From positions 387,460 through 451,459 of the forward strand of contig CAVTAP010000017.1 of the NCBI GenBank assembly GCA_963732695.1: a stretch of DNA of 64,000 nt, read 5' to 3'. Shown here in pieces: positions 47,902 through 56,609 of the stretch; positions within the stretch are counted from its first letter, which is position 1; each line of letters starts with the position of its first letter. The DNA comes from an uncultured Actinomycetota bacterium. Lineage in GTDB: Bacteria > Actinomycetota > Acidimicrobiia > Acidimicrobiales > SZUA-35. A program made the position numbers and the translations under genes. The notes beneath the pieces are model-generated. The model did not search any database and was not told the origin of the DNA. It worked only from the letters and a program-made list of their open reading frames with translations.

Positions 47902-47948
47902 GAACTGTGGCGCGTGGTGCTGCATTTCGCGCGCTGGCGCCACAGTTC
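47902..47948 (+). promoter_or_regulatory. Perfect 12-bp inverted repeat with 23-nt loop between the hydrolase and prepilin peptidase genes
   Basis: GAACTGTGGCGC (47902-47913) and GCGCCACAGTTC (47937-47948). A second imperfect hairpin GTGGGTCTCC-AGCA-GGAGATCCAC lies just upstream (~47858-47881). Confidence 0.45.
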
Positions 47949-47974
47949 CCCGGGTTGAGGATCTGCCTAGCCTT

Positions 47975-48448
47975 ATGGGGGTGGCGGACTGGGCCGGGGC
48001 GGCGATCGGGGTGGCGACGGCGGCCGGGCTGATCGTGCTGGCGGTCCGGGATGCGCGGTCGGGCCGGGTGCCGGTGCGGTGGAGCCAGGGGGTGACGGCG
48101 GTGGCCGTCGGCGGGCTGGCCGTGGTCGGTGTGGCCGGACGGGACTGGGGGGCGCTGGCCGGTGCCCTGGCGGGCGCGGCGTTGGTGACGGGCATCCAGC
48201 TCGTGCCCTACGGGCTCCAGGCCCGGACGGGGCGGGCCGCCATCGGGCGGGCCGACGTCCGCCTCGGCGTGCCGTTCGGAGCATCGCTCGGCTGGTTCGG
48301 GGTGGGTTTCACCGTGATCGGCTTCGCCCTCGCCCTGGTGGGCGGCCTGGCGGCGTCGACCGCCCTGCGTCGCCGCCGGTTGCCGTTCGTGCCCTTCCTC
48401 GCCGGAGGGCACGTGGTGGCCCTGGTGTGGGCCCTGTTCCGGCTGTAG
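47975..48448 (+). CDS. A24-family prepilin peptidase, short TadV/CpaA type
   Basis: ATG at 47975. 157 aa, polytopic. The two Asp motifs are VRDARSGRVP and IGRADVRLGVPFG. No N-methyltransferase domain. Confidence 0.7.
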   Translation: MGVADWAGAAIGVATAAGLIVLAVRDARSGRVPVRWSQGVTAVAVGGLAVVGVAGRDWGALAGALAGAALVTGIQLVPYGLQARTGRAAIGRADVRLGVPFGASLGWFGVGFTVIGFALALVGGLAASTALRRRRLPFVPFLAGGHVVALVWALFRL

Positions 48449-48461
48449 GCCGGAACGGTGA

Positions 48462-48758
48462 TCAGGCCGTGGCCTGGAGCCCGGGGGGCTCGTCGGTGCC
48501 GTGGGGCCGGTCCTCCACCAGGTGGGCCAGGTCGCCCGGCTGGAGGGCGGCGCTGTCGAGGAACGCCTGGAGGTCCGTCCGCATGATCCGGTAGACCCGT
48601 CCGATGCGGTAGGCGGCGAGCTTGCCGTCGTTGATGAAGCGGTAGATCGTCCGCGTCGTCACCTCGAGCTCGGATGCCGCCGCCTGCACCGACAGCCACC
48701 GTCCGGCAGGTGCCCCGGTGCCATCGCCGTCGTTACTGTGCCCGTTCTCGAGGGTCAC
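48462..48758 (-). CDS. Excisionase/MerR-superfamily helix-turn-helix DNA-binding protein
   Basis: GTG at 48758 overlapping the upstream stop (GTGA). WLSVQAAASELEVTTRTIYRFINDGKLAAYRIGRVYRIMRTDLQAFL is the Xis-type HTH_17 pattern. Confidence 0.7.
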   Translation of the reverse strand: MTLENGHSNDGDGTGAPAGRWLSVQAAASELEVTTRTIYRFINDGKLAAYRIGRVYRIMRTDLQAFLDSAALQPGDLAHLVEDRPHGTDEPPGLQATA

Positions 48759-49804
48759 GAGTTGCCTCCGTTGCTCGTTTCCAGTGCTCCGACGAGGTCG
48801 AACATCCATCCTTCGGCGGTGGCCCGGAAGGGCACGATGGCTGTCGGCTTGCCGTCCACGATGAGCGACGCCACCACCCGGTCGGCGTCGACCTGCGTCC
48901 ATGACGCGAGCTGCCCCGTCACCAGCGCCCGGCGCTGGTCGGCGTTCAGGAGAGCCAGCAGCGCGTTGTCGGGCGAGGCGGCGTCGGCCGCCTTGACCCG
49001 GGCCACGAGCTGGTCGAACAGGGCGGGGTCGGTGACCGGCCCGTCGGCCGGCATACCGCCGCCGGTTCGGGCGGCCGAGGTGACCTGGTCGACCAGCACC
49101 CGGGTCGGCTCGCTCACCACCGCCGAAGCACCCTTGGCGTCGCCGATGGCCAGGGCCGAGGTGAACCGGCCCCAGTTCTGGGCGGCGGAGTCGATCACGG
49201 CCTGGGGCGGGGGCAGCGCCACCGCGCCCGGCGCCCGGCGGTCCACCACCGTCCACACCTTCAGGCTCTCCCCCCGGTAGACGAGGTCGTAGGGGTAGAC
49301 GTCCTGCCCCTGGGGTCCGGTCACCACCAGCTCCATCGACACCGTGGTGAGGCCGTCGGCCTTGGTCTCCACCGGGTTGCGGGCCTCGAACGTCACGGCC
49401 TCGGAGCCGGCCGGCGCCCCGGCCGCCGCCGACTGGGAGAACAGGGCGAACTGGGGGCCGGCATCGTCGAACCAGGGGCGGACCGCCTCGACGTCGGCCG
49501 AACGGGTGAATCCCTCCCAGGCCGACACCGCCGCCAGCGAGGCGTCGATGGTGGGGCTGGAGGCGGCCGACCCGATCGTGGTCGACACCGACGGCTCGGA
49601 GGAGGCCCCCTCGTCGCCGTTGCCGGCCGCCCGGGACCGCCCCAGCAGGTAGGCGCCGAGCATCAGCGTGGCCAGGGTGCCCACGAGGATCACCAGGACC
49701 GCCTTGAACCAAGGTGGTAGCCAGTTGTTCCCGCCCAGTACCCGGACGGGCGAGTTCAGACCGTCGTCGTCTGGGACGTCGATCTGAATATCCAGATCTG
49801 TCAT
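48755..49804 (-). CDS. N-terminally TM-anchored extracytoplasmic protein, unknown
   Basis: ATG at 49804 (MTDLDIQIDVPDD). TM helix FKAVLVILVGTLATLMLGAYLL followed by ~290 extracytoplasmic aa. No family recognised. Confidence 0.5.
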   Translation of the reverse strand: MTDLDIQIDVPDDDGLNSPVRVLGGNNWLPPWFKAVLVILVGTLATLMLGAYLLGRSRAAGNGDEGASSEPSVSTTIGSAASSPTIDASLAAVSAWEGFTRSADVEAVRPWFDDAGPQFALFSQSAAAGAPAGSEAVTFEARNPVETKADGLTTVSMELVVTGPQGQDVYPYDLVYRGESLKVWTVVDRRAPGAVALPPPQAVIDSAAQNWGRFTSALAIGDAKGASAVVSEPTRVLVDQVTSAARTGGGMPADGPVTDPALFDQLVARVKAADAASPDNALLALLNADQRRALVTGQLASWTQVDADRVVASLIVDGKPTAIVPFRATAEGWMFDLVGALETSNGGNS

Positions 49805-49940
49805 GGGTGCACTGCCTCTCGAAGAGTCGCCGTCGACGCTCGCCCGAACCCCAGCCAAAAGTTCCAGGTCGAGTGCCAGCTGGTGATCAGCCGACAGTCT
49901 GCCCGCATGCTCGATTTGTCTCGCTACCTGCTCAACTCAG

Positions 49941-50897
49941 CTATCCGTTCGCGCTCCCTACGCTGTCATCGCCACGGACGAGTGGTGTACGTACTTCTAT
50001 CACGTCGTAGTCCCGGGCAGTAGCTAGCACGGCCTGTCCGAGGTCCACGGCGATCCCGCCGGCCGGGAGCCCGGGGCCGGTGAGCACGGAGGTACCGGTC
50101 CAGGTGATCTCGTGGGTGATCACCACCGGGCCCGGCAGGGCGTAGGTGTGGGTGGCCGCCGGATCCTCGGGCGACCCGGCCCGCCCCGTTCGGTGGACCC
50201 GCTCCCCCGTCCGGGTGTCGCTGCCCATGTCCCAGCTGAACTCCACGGCCTGGATGCTGGCCGTGACCCCGTACCCGTTGAGGGTGATCGTGACCGTGTC
50301 GGCGGTGGGGCCCTCGTACCACATGTAGGTCTCGAGCCCGGTCAGCCCCCGGACGTAGGGATCGAGGTTGACCTGGGGGGTGAAGGTGAGGGCGGCGCCC
50401 CAGATCTGGTCGGCGTTGGGCAGCGGCGGGGGCAGCGGAGGGCGGGGCTGGCCGGCCCCCACGCACGAGATGTAGCCGCTGTTGGTGCCACCGGTGGCCG
50501 GGTCCACCAGCTCGCCCACCCACAGCACGCCCGGCTCGCCCGGAGCGGGGCCGCCGGCCAGGAACGACAGGTCGAGGATGGCGGCCGACAGGTCGGTCAT
50601 GGGCGTCCAGCCGCCGTTGCCGCCGGCGTCGCAGGTCAGGAGGAGGTTGAGCCACACGAACTTGGGCCCGGGCGGGGCCGAGCTGCGGACCACCACGTTG
50701 CCCGGGTTCGGCTTGGGTGGGTCGAGCTGGTCGGACAGATTGCAGGTGGTGCCGTTGCGGTCGAGGGCCGAGCAGTCCTGGGCCGCCGCCGGAGCCGCGG
50801 GGCCGACTCCGGCCAGGGCGATGGCGGTCGACAGCACGAACGCAGCCAGGGCGGCCTGGATCGGCCGGGATCGGGAAGGGATGCGGCGGCTGCTCAT
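49941..50897 (-). CDS. Secreted protein, unknown (last gene of the Tad operon)
   Basis: ATG at 50897 (ATGA overlap). Signal peptide ...AALAAFVLSTAIALAGVGPAAPAAAQ. Pro-rich segment QPRPPLPPPLP. Beta-rich C-terminus. Confidence 0.5.
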   Translation of the reverse strand: MSSRRIPSRSRPIQAALAAFVLSTAIALAGVGPAAPAAAQDCSALDRNGTTCNLSDQLDPPKPNPGNVVVRSSAPPGPKFVWLNLLLTCDAGGNGGWTPMTDLSAAILDLSFLAGGPAPGEPGVLWVGELVDPATGGTNSGYISCVGAGQPRPPLPPPLPNADQIWGAALTFTPQVNLDPYVRGLTGLETYMWYEGPTADTVTITLNGYGVTASIQAVEFSWDMGSDTRTGERVHRTGRAGSPEDPAATHTYALPGPVVITHEITWTGTSVLTGPGLPAGGIAVDLGQAVLATARDYDVIEVRTPLVRGDDSVGSANG

Positions 50898-51562
50898 TGC
50901 GGCTCCTGACCCGTGGTGCGGCTGCCCACGAGAAGCTCCGTGACCGAGTGTATGCGCCAGCCGCCGTCGGGGCCGTCCCGGCCGAGCGTGAACAGGCCCC
51001 GGTGGGTGCCGCCGGAGAGCACGCCCCGGGGCAGGTCGTCGTCGTCTCCCCGCACCGTCGCCGGGCCGGCGTCGAGCACGACCTCCACCTCCACCAGCTC
51101 GCCCAGGTCCCGCGTCCTCGTCACCGACACCAGCTGGGGCAGGGGCTCGTCGAGGTAGACGCCCAGCGACAGGTTCTGCTCCTCGTTGGCCCGGGCCACC
51201 TCGGCGGCGTCGTCGCCGTAGATCTCGTCGAGGTCGTAGCGCCCGGGATAGCGGGTGGCCAGCCAGCTTCGGGCCCGCAGCTCGCTGAACACCTCCACCC
51301 AATCCTGGTCGCCGGTGGCCGTGGCGGCCAGGGTGGCGGCCAGCTGGTCCACGTCGGTGATGTCGCCGTCGCGGAGCGAGGCCGGCGCGGCGGGGGCCGC
51401 CCCGTCGCCGGCTCCCCCGGGGGCACGGTGGGTGCGGCTGGCGGCGGGCTCAGCCACTTCCGTCCCGCCGGCGGTGGCGGGGCCGGAGCAGGCGACCAGC
51501 GCCACCATCGCCACCAGGGCCAGGGTGGCGGTCGGGGCGTGGGCGCGCCGGCCGGCCGTCAC
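50894..51562 (-). CDS. Putative lipoprotein, unknown (Tad operon)
   Basis: GTG at 51562 (GTGA overlap). LALVAMVALVACSG lipobox. The C-terminus ...LVSVTRTRDLGELVEVEVVLD...GGWRIHSVTEL is NTF2/SnoaL-like by pattern only. Confidence 0.5.
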   Translation of the reverse strand: MTAGRRAHAPTATLALVAMVALVACSGPATAGGTEVAEPAASRTHRAPGGAGDGAAPAAPASLRDGDITDVDQLAATLAATATGDQDWVEVFSELRARSWLATRYPGRYDLDEIYGDDAAEVARANEEQNLSLGVYLDEPLPQLVSVTRTRDLGELVEVEVVLDAGPATVRGDDDDLPRGVLSGGTHRGLFTLGRDGPDGGWRIHSVTELLVGSRTTGQEPQ

Positions 51563-52071
51563 GGTCCACCCTCCCCGATGCGGGGGGCGGCCCGGGCCGT
51601 CACGCCGACCTGCAGGGGCGCCTCGCCGCTCAGGAACACCTTCACCAGGGTGAAGTCCACCGCGGCCTCCAGCGTGACCGTCACCTCCTGGGTGCCCGGG
51701 TCCACCGTGATCTGGGCGCGGTCCACCAGGTCGGCGTCGCCCTGGGCCCGCAGGTTGGCCCGGGCCATCTCGTCGGCCAGGCCGGGATCGATCACCACCT
51801 CTCCGGTGCGTCGGAACGTCTCGACGTCCACCGCGTTGGCCCCGGCCGACGCCGCCGCCTCGGCCTGCTCCACGAGGCTGCGCCGCACCGACACCCCCCG
51901 CCACAGGTCGAGCCCGAAGCCGGAGATGAACAACACCGACAGCGACCAGTACAACACCCACAGGGTCACCGACCCCCGCTGACCGTCATCGCCGATCTGA
52001 TGCGCCGGCCTGTCGCCGGTGACGGCCGGGGACTCCGGATCCGGCTGGTTCGCCGACTGTCGCCTGATCAT
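51559..52071 (-). CDS. TadG-like (TadE/G N-terminal motif) pseudopilin
   Basis: ATG at 52071 (ATGA overlap). QRGSVTLWVLYWSLSVLFISGFGLD matches the Tad_N / TadG-type hydrophobic N-terminus. Confidence 0.6.
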   Translation of the reverse strand: MIRRQSANQPDPESPAVTGDRPAHQIGDDGQRGSVTLWVLYWSLSVLFISGFGLDLWRGVSVRRSLVEQAEAAASAGANAVDVETFRRTGEVVIDPGLADEMARANLRAQGDADLVDRAQITVDPGTQEVTVTLEAAVDFTLVKVFLSGEAPLQVGVTARAAPRIGEGGP

Positions 52072-52538
52072 TCCAGGCCCCGGTAGTCCTCGATGTGCTG
52101 GGTGGCCGACGCCGACCAGCTGGTGACGCTCCAGGAGCCGACACCGGGCACGTCGATCGACGGCATGTCCATGGTCACCGTCACCGTCACGTCCTGGCCC
52201 CGGTCCCACGACGGGGCCGACACCTGGACCTGGTACTCCCCGCCCGGCACCCCGTAGTTCGCCGCCACCTCGTCGGCCACGGCCTGGGCGTGGGCCAGGG
52301 CCTCGGCCTCGGTGCCCGAGAGGACGGCGGCCCGGGCCGCCTCGGCCGCCGCCGCCCGCGCCACCTCCTGGCGCTCGGGCCAGCGGGAGACCCCGGCCCC
52401 GATCAGCACCACGGGCAGCAGCAGGAACACCATGGCCGCCACCCACTCCACGGCCACGAAGCCGGCCTCGTAGGCGCCGGGCGGCCGGGGGGACGGGCGG
52501 TGTGACCGTACGGAGAGGCGGAGGCGATCAGGGCGCAA
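52068..52538 (-). CDS. TadE-like pseudopilin
   Basis: EAG/FVAVEWVAAMVFLLLPVVLI fits the G/xxxxE(Y/W) class-III prepilin site. TTG start at 52538 is uncertain. Confidence 0.6.
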   Translation of the reverse strand: MRPDRLRLSVRSHRPSPRPPGAYEAGFVAVEWVAAMVFLLLPVVLIGAGVSRWPERQEVARAAAAEAARAAVLSGTEAEALAHAQAVADEVAANYGVPGGEYQVQVSAPSWDRGQDVTVTVTMDMPSIDVPGVGSWSVTSWSASATQHIEDYRGLE

Positions 52539-52950
52539 CGAGACCGTCCTCGTCGAGCTCGCGGGCCACCACCGAGGTGGTGTCGAACTGGGCGTCGGGC
52601 AGGGGCGGCAACGACCGCAGGGTGGCGTTCGCCGTGACCTGCACGGTGGTCCCGTTGGCGCTGCAGCTGAAGGTGATACCGCTGGCCATGGGCCCGCCCA
52701 GCAGGTCGTCGACCGCGTCGTTGGCCGCCGCCAGGCAGTCGTCGACCGTGCCCCCCTGCACGGCCCAGGCCCGGGCGCCCTCGTCGGTGGCCTGGCGGAT
52801 CACGGCCTGGGCGTAGCGCTGCACGAACAGGTCGGCGAAGCCCGTCACCAGCACCAGGGTGACAGCCATGACCCACATGGCCGAGGCGATCGTGAAACCC
52901 TGCTCGGTCTCACCACCCGCCGCCTCGGTTGTCTCCGGCCCGCCTGACAT
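52528..52950 (-). CDS. TadE-like pseudopilin (divergent processing site)
   Basis: ATG at 52950. EQG/FTIASAMWVMAVTLVLVTGF has a hydrophobic N-terminus but no Glu at +5. Confidence 0.5.
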   Translation of the reverse strand: MSGGPETTEAAGGETEQGFTIASAMWVMAVTLVLVTGFADLFVQRYAQAVIRQATDEGARAWAVQGGTVDDCLAAANDAVDDLLGGPMASGITFSCSANGTTVQVTANATLRSLPPLPDAQFDTTSVVARELDEDGLVAP

Positions 52951-52985
52951 CGGATCCGCTCCCGAATGGATAGAGGGGGGCGGCC

Positions 52986-53207
52986 CTAGAGGCCGAGCTC
53001 GCTGCGGATGCGGTTGATGATGTCGACGCCGAGCGCCTGCAGGGCGGTGGCGAAGGCGGCCGCCACCACCAGGCCCAGCAGGGCGATGCCCATCGACTGG
53101 GCGATCTCGAAGCCGTCCTCCTCGGCCGGGCGGGCCCGGTTTGCCTCGAGGCTGCTGGACCAGACCAGGTAGGCGGCGGTGAGCTTGGCCATCGTTTCGG
53201 TGATCAC
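52986..53207 (-). CDS. Flp-type (class III) pilin candidate
   Basis: 73 aa. GTG at 53207 after AAGGAA. EEDG/FEIAQSMGIALLGLVVAAAFATALQALG is a hydrophobic helix after a Gly. Position between tadC and the tadE genes is as in actinobacterial Tad loci. Confidence 0.55.
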   Translation of the reverse strand: MITETMAKLTAAYLVWSSSLEANRARPAEEDGFEIAQSMGIALLGLVVAAAFATALQALGVDIINRIRSELGL

Positions 53208-53284
53208 GGGTGCGGGTTCCTTGCTGTGCGGGCGGACGGGACGGGCGAGGGGCGGTGCGGGGAACGACGGGGGCGGTCCTTTGG

Positions 53285-54235
53285 TCAGGAGCCGAAGATG
53301 AAGCGGGGAATGGGAGCGACCACGTAGAGGAACACCACAGGGGCCATGACGAGCAGGGTGGGGAGGATCATGGCGCCCTTGCGCCGGGTGCCGAGCCGTT
53401 CCAGCTCCTCCCGGCGTTCGGCCCGCAGGGTGTTGGCCACCGTCATCAGCGACTCGGCCACGTCGGACCCCTGCTGGGAGGCCTCACCCAGGATGCGGTA
53501 GATGCGGGCCGCCGCCGGCTCCACCGTCTCCTGCGACAGGCGCTCCATGGCCTGGGCCAGGGTGAGGCCACCGGCCACCCACGACTGGGCCTCCCGCAAC
53601 TCCTCCACCACCGGGCCCCGGCCCCGGGTGATCACCTGGCGGATGGCCATGGCCGGGGTGTGGTTGGCCTTGGCCAACATCGTGAGCAGGTGGGCCACGG
53701 TGTACAGCTCGAGGCGCATGGTCTGGGCCCGGGCCTCGATGGCGGCGTTGAGCTTGCCCCGGGCCGAGGTGAGGCCCCAGCCCACGCCGAGGGCGACGCC
53801 CACCACGGCCCAGAAGCTCTGGGCTCCGAACACCGCACCCACCCACAACCCCACCAGCACGCCGCCCACGACGCCCAGCAGGGCCCGCCCGGCCTGGGAG
53901 ATGCGGTACTCCCGGGGCGACACGTCGACCAGGCCGGCGTGGTGCAGGCGGCGGGTGATCTCGTCCTCGTCGCCCGAGTCGACCAGGCGGGACACGAAGC
54001 CGGCGAACCCGTCGATGATGGGGCCGAAGATCCGGCGGAACGGCCCGTAGGAGAGGTTGGCGTTGATGGCCAGGGCGGCGCTCACGTCGGCCCGTTGGCC
54101 GAGCCGGGTGCGGCGCAGCTGGACATAGGGCCGCAGGCGCGACTCGAGCGCCGGGCGGGGTCGGACCACCAGGCTGGTCAGGCTGGCCGCCAGGTAGGCG
54201 GCGAGCAGGGCGACGAGAATGGCTCGGGTGTCCAT
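53285..54235 (-). CDS. tadC: Type II secretion system F-family protein, TadC
   Basis: ATG at 54235. 316 aa. GspF-like domain with TM helices at the N-terminus, middle and C-terminus. 1-nt overlap with tadB. Confidence 0.8.
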   Translation of the reverse strand: MDTRAILVALLAAYLAASLTSLVVRPRPALESRLRPYVQLRRTRLGQRADVSAALAINANLSYGPFRRIFGPIIDGFAGFVSRLVDSGDEDEITRRLHHAGLVDVSPREYRISQAGRALLGVVGGVLVGLWVGAVFGAQSFWAVVGVALGVGWGLTSARGKLNAAIEARAQTMRLELYTVAHLLTMLAKANHTPAMAIRQVITRGRGPVVEELREAQSWVAGGLTLAQAMERLSQETVEPAAARIYRILGEASQQGSDVAESLMTVANTLRAERREELERLGTRRKGAMILPTLLVMAPVVFLYVVAPIPRFIFGS

Positions 54236-55134
54236 CAGCGGGTTCGCCCCACGTCGACGGCGAACACCCGGGGTTCCTCGGGGAGGCGACCCAGCCGGCG
54301 CACCAGGATCATGCCCATCACGCTCAGGCTGGTGCCGAGCATGATCACGGCCACCCCGCCCCGGGAGGCGTAGAACTCGCGGCCCGGCCCGGGGCGGAAG
54401 GTGAGCAGGATGAGGAACAGGAACGGCAGCACGAACACGGCCCGGGCGTTCAGCCGCTGCTCCAGCTGGGCCGTCTCCACCCGGTCGAGCACCTGCAGGT
54501 CCTCGATGGTGGAGCGGGCCAGCTCCGCCATGATCTCCACCACCACCGCCGGCCCCTGTTCCAGGGCCAGCAGCAGGTCCTCGATGATCCGGTCCGACAC
54601 CGGGTCGGCCAGCTCCTCCCGGATCACCTCCAGAGCGGTGGCCGAGTCGAGCGTGAAGCTGAGGCTGGAGTAGCGGACGAACACCGGGCGCAGCTCGTTG
54701 GGCCCTGAGGTGGCCAGCACCAGCAGGGCCTGGTGGAGCGACATCGACGACGACACCGAGGCCACGATCGACCGCAGGGCCTCGGGCCAGGCCTCCAGCC
54801 GGGCCCGGGCCAGCTTGCGCCGCTGCTGGGCGAACCACCACCGGGGGGTGAGGGCCACCGCCACCGCCGGGGGCAGGGCCACCATGGGGATCGAGGTGAT
54901 CACCCACACCAGGCCGAACGTGGCCGCGCCGGCCAGGATCGAGGAGCTCCAGAACTGGGTGGGGGTGACGGGCAGGCCGGCCTGGTTCAACCACTCCTGG
55001 CGCCGGGCCCGGCTGGGGCGGGCCGGCTGCTCGGCCAGCGGGGCGAACCGCAGCCGTTGGGGCATGTAGCCCACGGCCAGGCCCACGGCGAAATAGACGG
55101 CGATCCCGCAGAAGAGGCCGGCCAGAAGGGTCAT
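54235..55134 (-). CDS. tadB: Type II secretion system F-family protein, TadB
   Basis: ATG at 55134 (ATGA overlap with tadA). 299 aa with the same architecture as tadC. Confidence 0.8.
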   Translation of the reverse strand: MTLLAGLFCGIAVYFAVGLAVGYMPQRLRFAPLAEQPARPSRARRQEWLNQAGLPVTPTQFWSSSILAGAATFGLVWVITSIPMVALPPAVAVALTPRWWFAQQRRKLARARLEAWPEALRSIVASVSSSMSLHQALLVLATSGPNELRPVFVRYSSLSFTLDSATALEVIREELADPVSDRIIEDLLLALEQGPAVVVEIMAELARSTIEDLQVLDRVETAQLEQRLNARAVFVLPFLFLILLTFRPGPGREFYASRGGVAVIMLGTSLSVMGMILVRRLGRLPEEPRVFAVDVGRTR

Positions 55135-56609
55135 CGGCTGGAGGGCCCGGGCTCGGTGCTGAGGCTCACCGGCACCACCGGCGCCGGGTAGGGGTTGCGG
55201 CGGAACGCCCGACGGCCGGGCCGGGGGGAGAGGCCCGTCTCGGGCGGCATGTCGGCCAGGGCCACCACATTGGCCGGGTTGCCCCGGAGCAGGTCGGCGG
55301 TGCTCGACTCGTGCCGCTTGAGCGTGGCGTCGAGGCGGGCCATGGCGGCGTCCGACGGGTAGGCCTCGGACCACCGCAGCGGCTCGCCGATGCGGTCCCG
55401 CACGAACAGCGGTTGGAGCAGGAAGTCTTCGCCGGCGGCGTTGGGCATGAGCGCCGCAACCTCCATCACCTGGCGCCGGATGGGGGCGCCGCCCTGGTCG
55501 TCGAAGGCCAGCTCCTCCCGGTCGACGAAGACCACCAGATGGAACATGCGCTGGAAGGTGGACTGGACCTGGGCCGGGGCCACGTTCTCGCCGGCCATGA
55601 TGGCGGTGTCGCGCAGGGCCGACAGGGCGTCGTAGGGGTTGTTGGCGTGCACGGTGGCGATCACCCCGCACCCGGCGTTGCCCGCCCGCACCAGCTCGAA
55701 GGCCTCGGCCCCCCGCACCTCGCCCACCACCAGCAGGTCGGGCCGCATGCCGAGGCACGTCTTGACCAGATCCCGCAGGCTCACCTCGGCCGCCACGTCG
55801 CCGTCGGCCCCGGCGGGTCGGGTCTGGTAGTACGAGCCGGCCATCACCGGGGCCGACAGCTCGCGGATCTCCTCCACGCAGCGCACCACCATGGTGGGGG
55901 GCACCGCCCGCAGCAGGGCGTTGAGCATGGTCGTCTTGCCGGCGCCGGGGCGGCCGCACACGAGGATGCCGAGCCCGGAACGGACGGCCGCCCACAGCAG
56001 CTCGGCCACCCGCTGGTCCATCGAGTCCCGACCCACCAGCAGCGACAGCGTCTCGTTGCGCATCGTGTACTTACGGATGGTGACCGACAGCTTGTCGGCG
56101 ATCGGGGGGATCACGACGCCCATGCGCACCGTGCCCCCCAGCACCCGGGCCTGCACCATGGGCTCGCGCTCGGTGACCTCCCGGCCCGCATCCTGCAGCA
56201 GGCGGCGGACCACGGCCAGGTTCTCCTCGGCGGTGGTGACCTCGCTCACACCCCGCATGTAGCCGCCGCCGTCGATGAAGAAGATGTCGTCGCCCTCGAT
56301 GAAGATCTCCTCCACCCCGGGATCGTTCAGCGGGCTGGTGAGGGGGCCGTACTCGAGCACGTAGCGCAGGATGCGCTCGGCCATCTCGTCGGGCCGGGCC
56401 AGCAGCTCCTTGCCGTCGAGCCCCTGGCGGGCCACGGTCTGCCACGACTCGATGGCGCCCCGCACGAAGTGGTCGACACCCTCGGGGTCGACCTCGGGAT
56501 CGAGGCGGGCGGTCTTGATGCCGTCGGTGACCTCGTTGCGGAGGACCTCGTAGGGCGACAGGGGGCGGCTCGTCGTCCGGCGGCGGGCGGTGGCGGGCTC
56601 ACGGCTCAT
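55131..56609 (-). CDS. tadA: CpaF/TadA-family secretion ATPase
   Basis: ATG at 56609. Walker A GRPGAGKTT, Asp box/Walker B LLVVGEVRG, His box IATVHAN. Confidence 0.9.
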   Translation of the reverse strand: MSREPATARRRTTSRPLSPYEVLRNEVTDGIKTARLDPEVDPEGVDHFVRGAIESWQTVARQGLDGKELLARPDEMAERILRYVLEYGPLTSPLNDPGVEEIFIEGDDIFFIDGGGYMRGVSEVTTAEENLAVVRRLLQDAGREVTEREPMVQARVLGGTVRMGVVIPPIADKLSVTIRKYTMRNETLSLLVGRDSMDQRVAELLWAAVRSGLGILVCGRPGAGKTTMLNALLRAVPPTMVVRCVEEIRELSAPVMAGSYYQTRPAGADGDVAAEVSLRDLVKTCLGMRPDLLVVGEVRGAEAFELVRAGNAGCGVIATVHANNPYDALSALRDTAIMAGENVAPAQVQSTFQRMFHLVVFVDREELAFDDQGGAPIRRQVMEVAALMPNAAGEDFLLQPLFVRDRIGEPLRWSEAYPSDAAMARLDATLKRHESSTADLLRGNPANVVALADMPPETGLSPRPGRRAFRRNPYPAPVVPVSLSTEPGPSSR

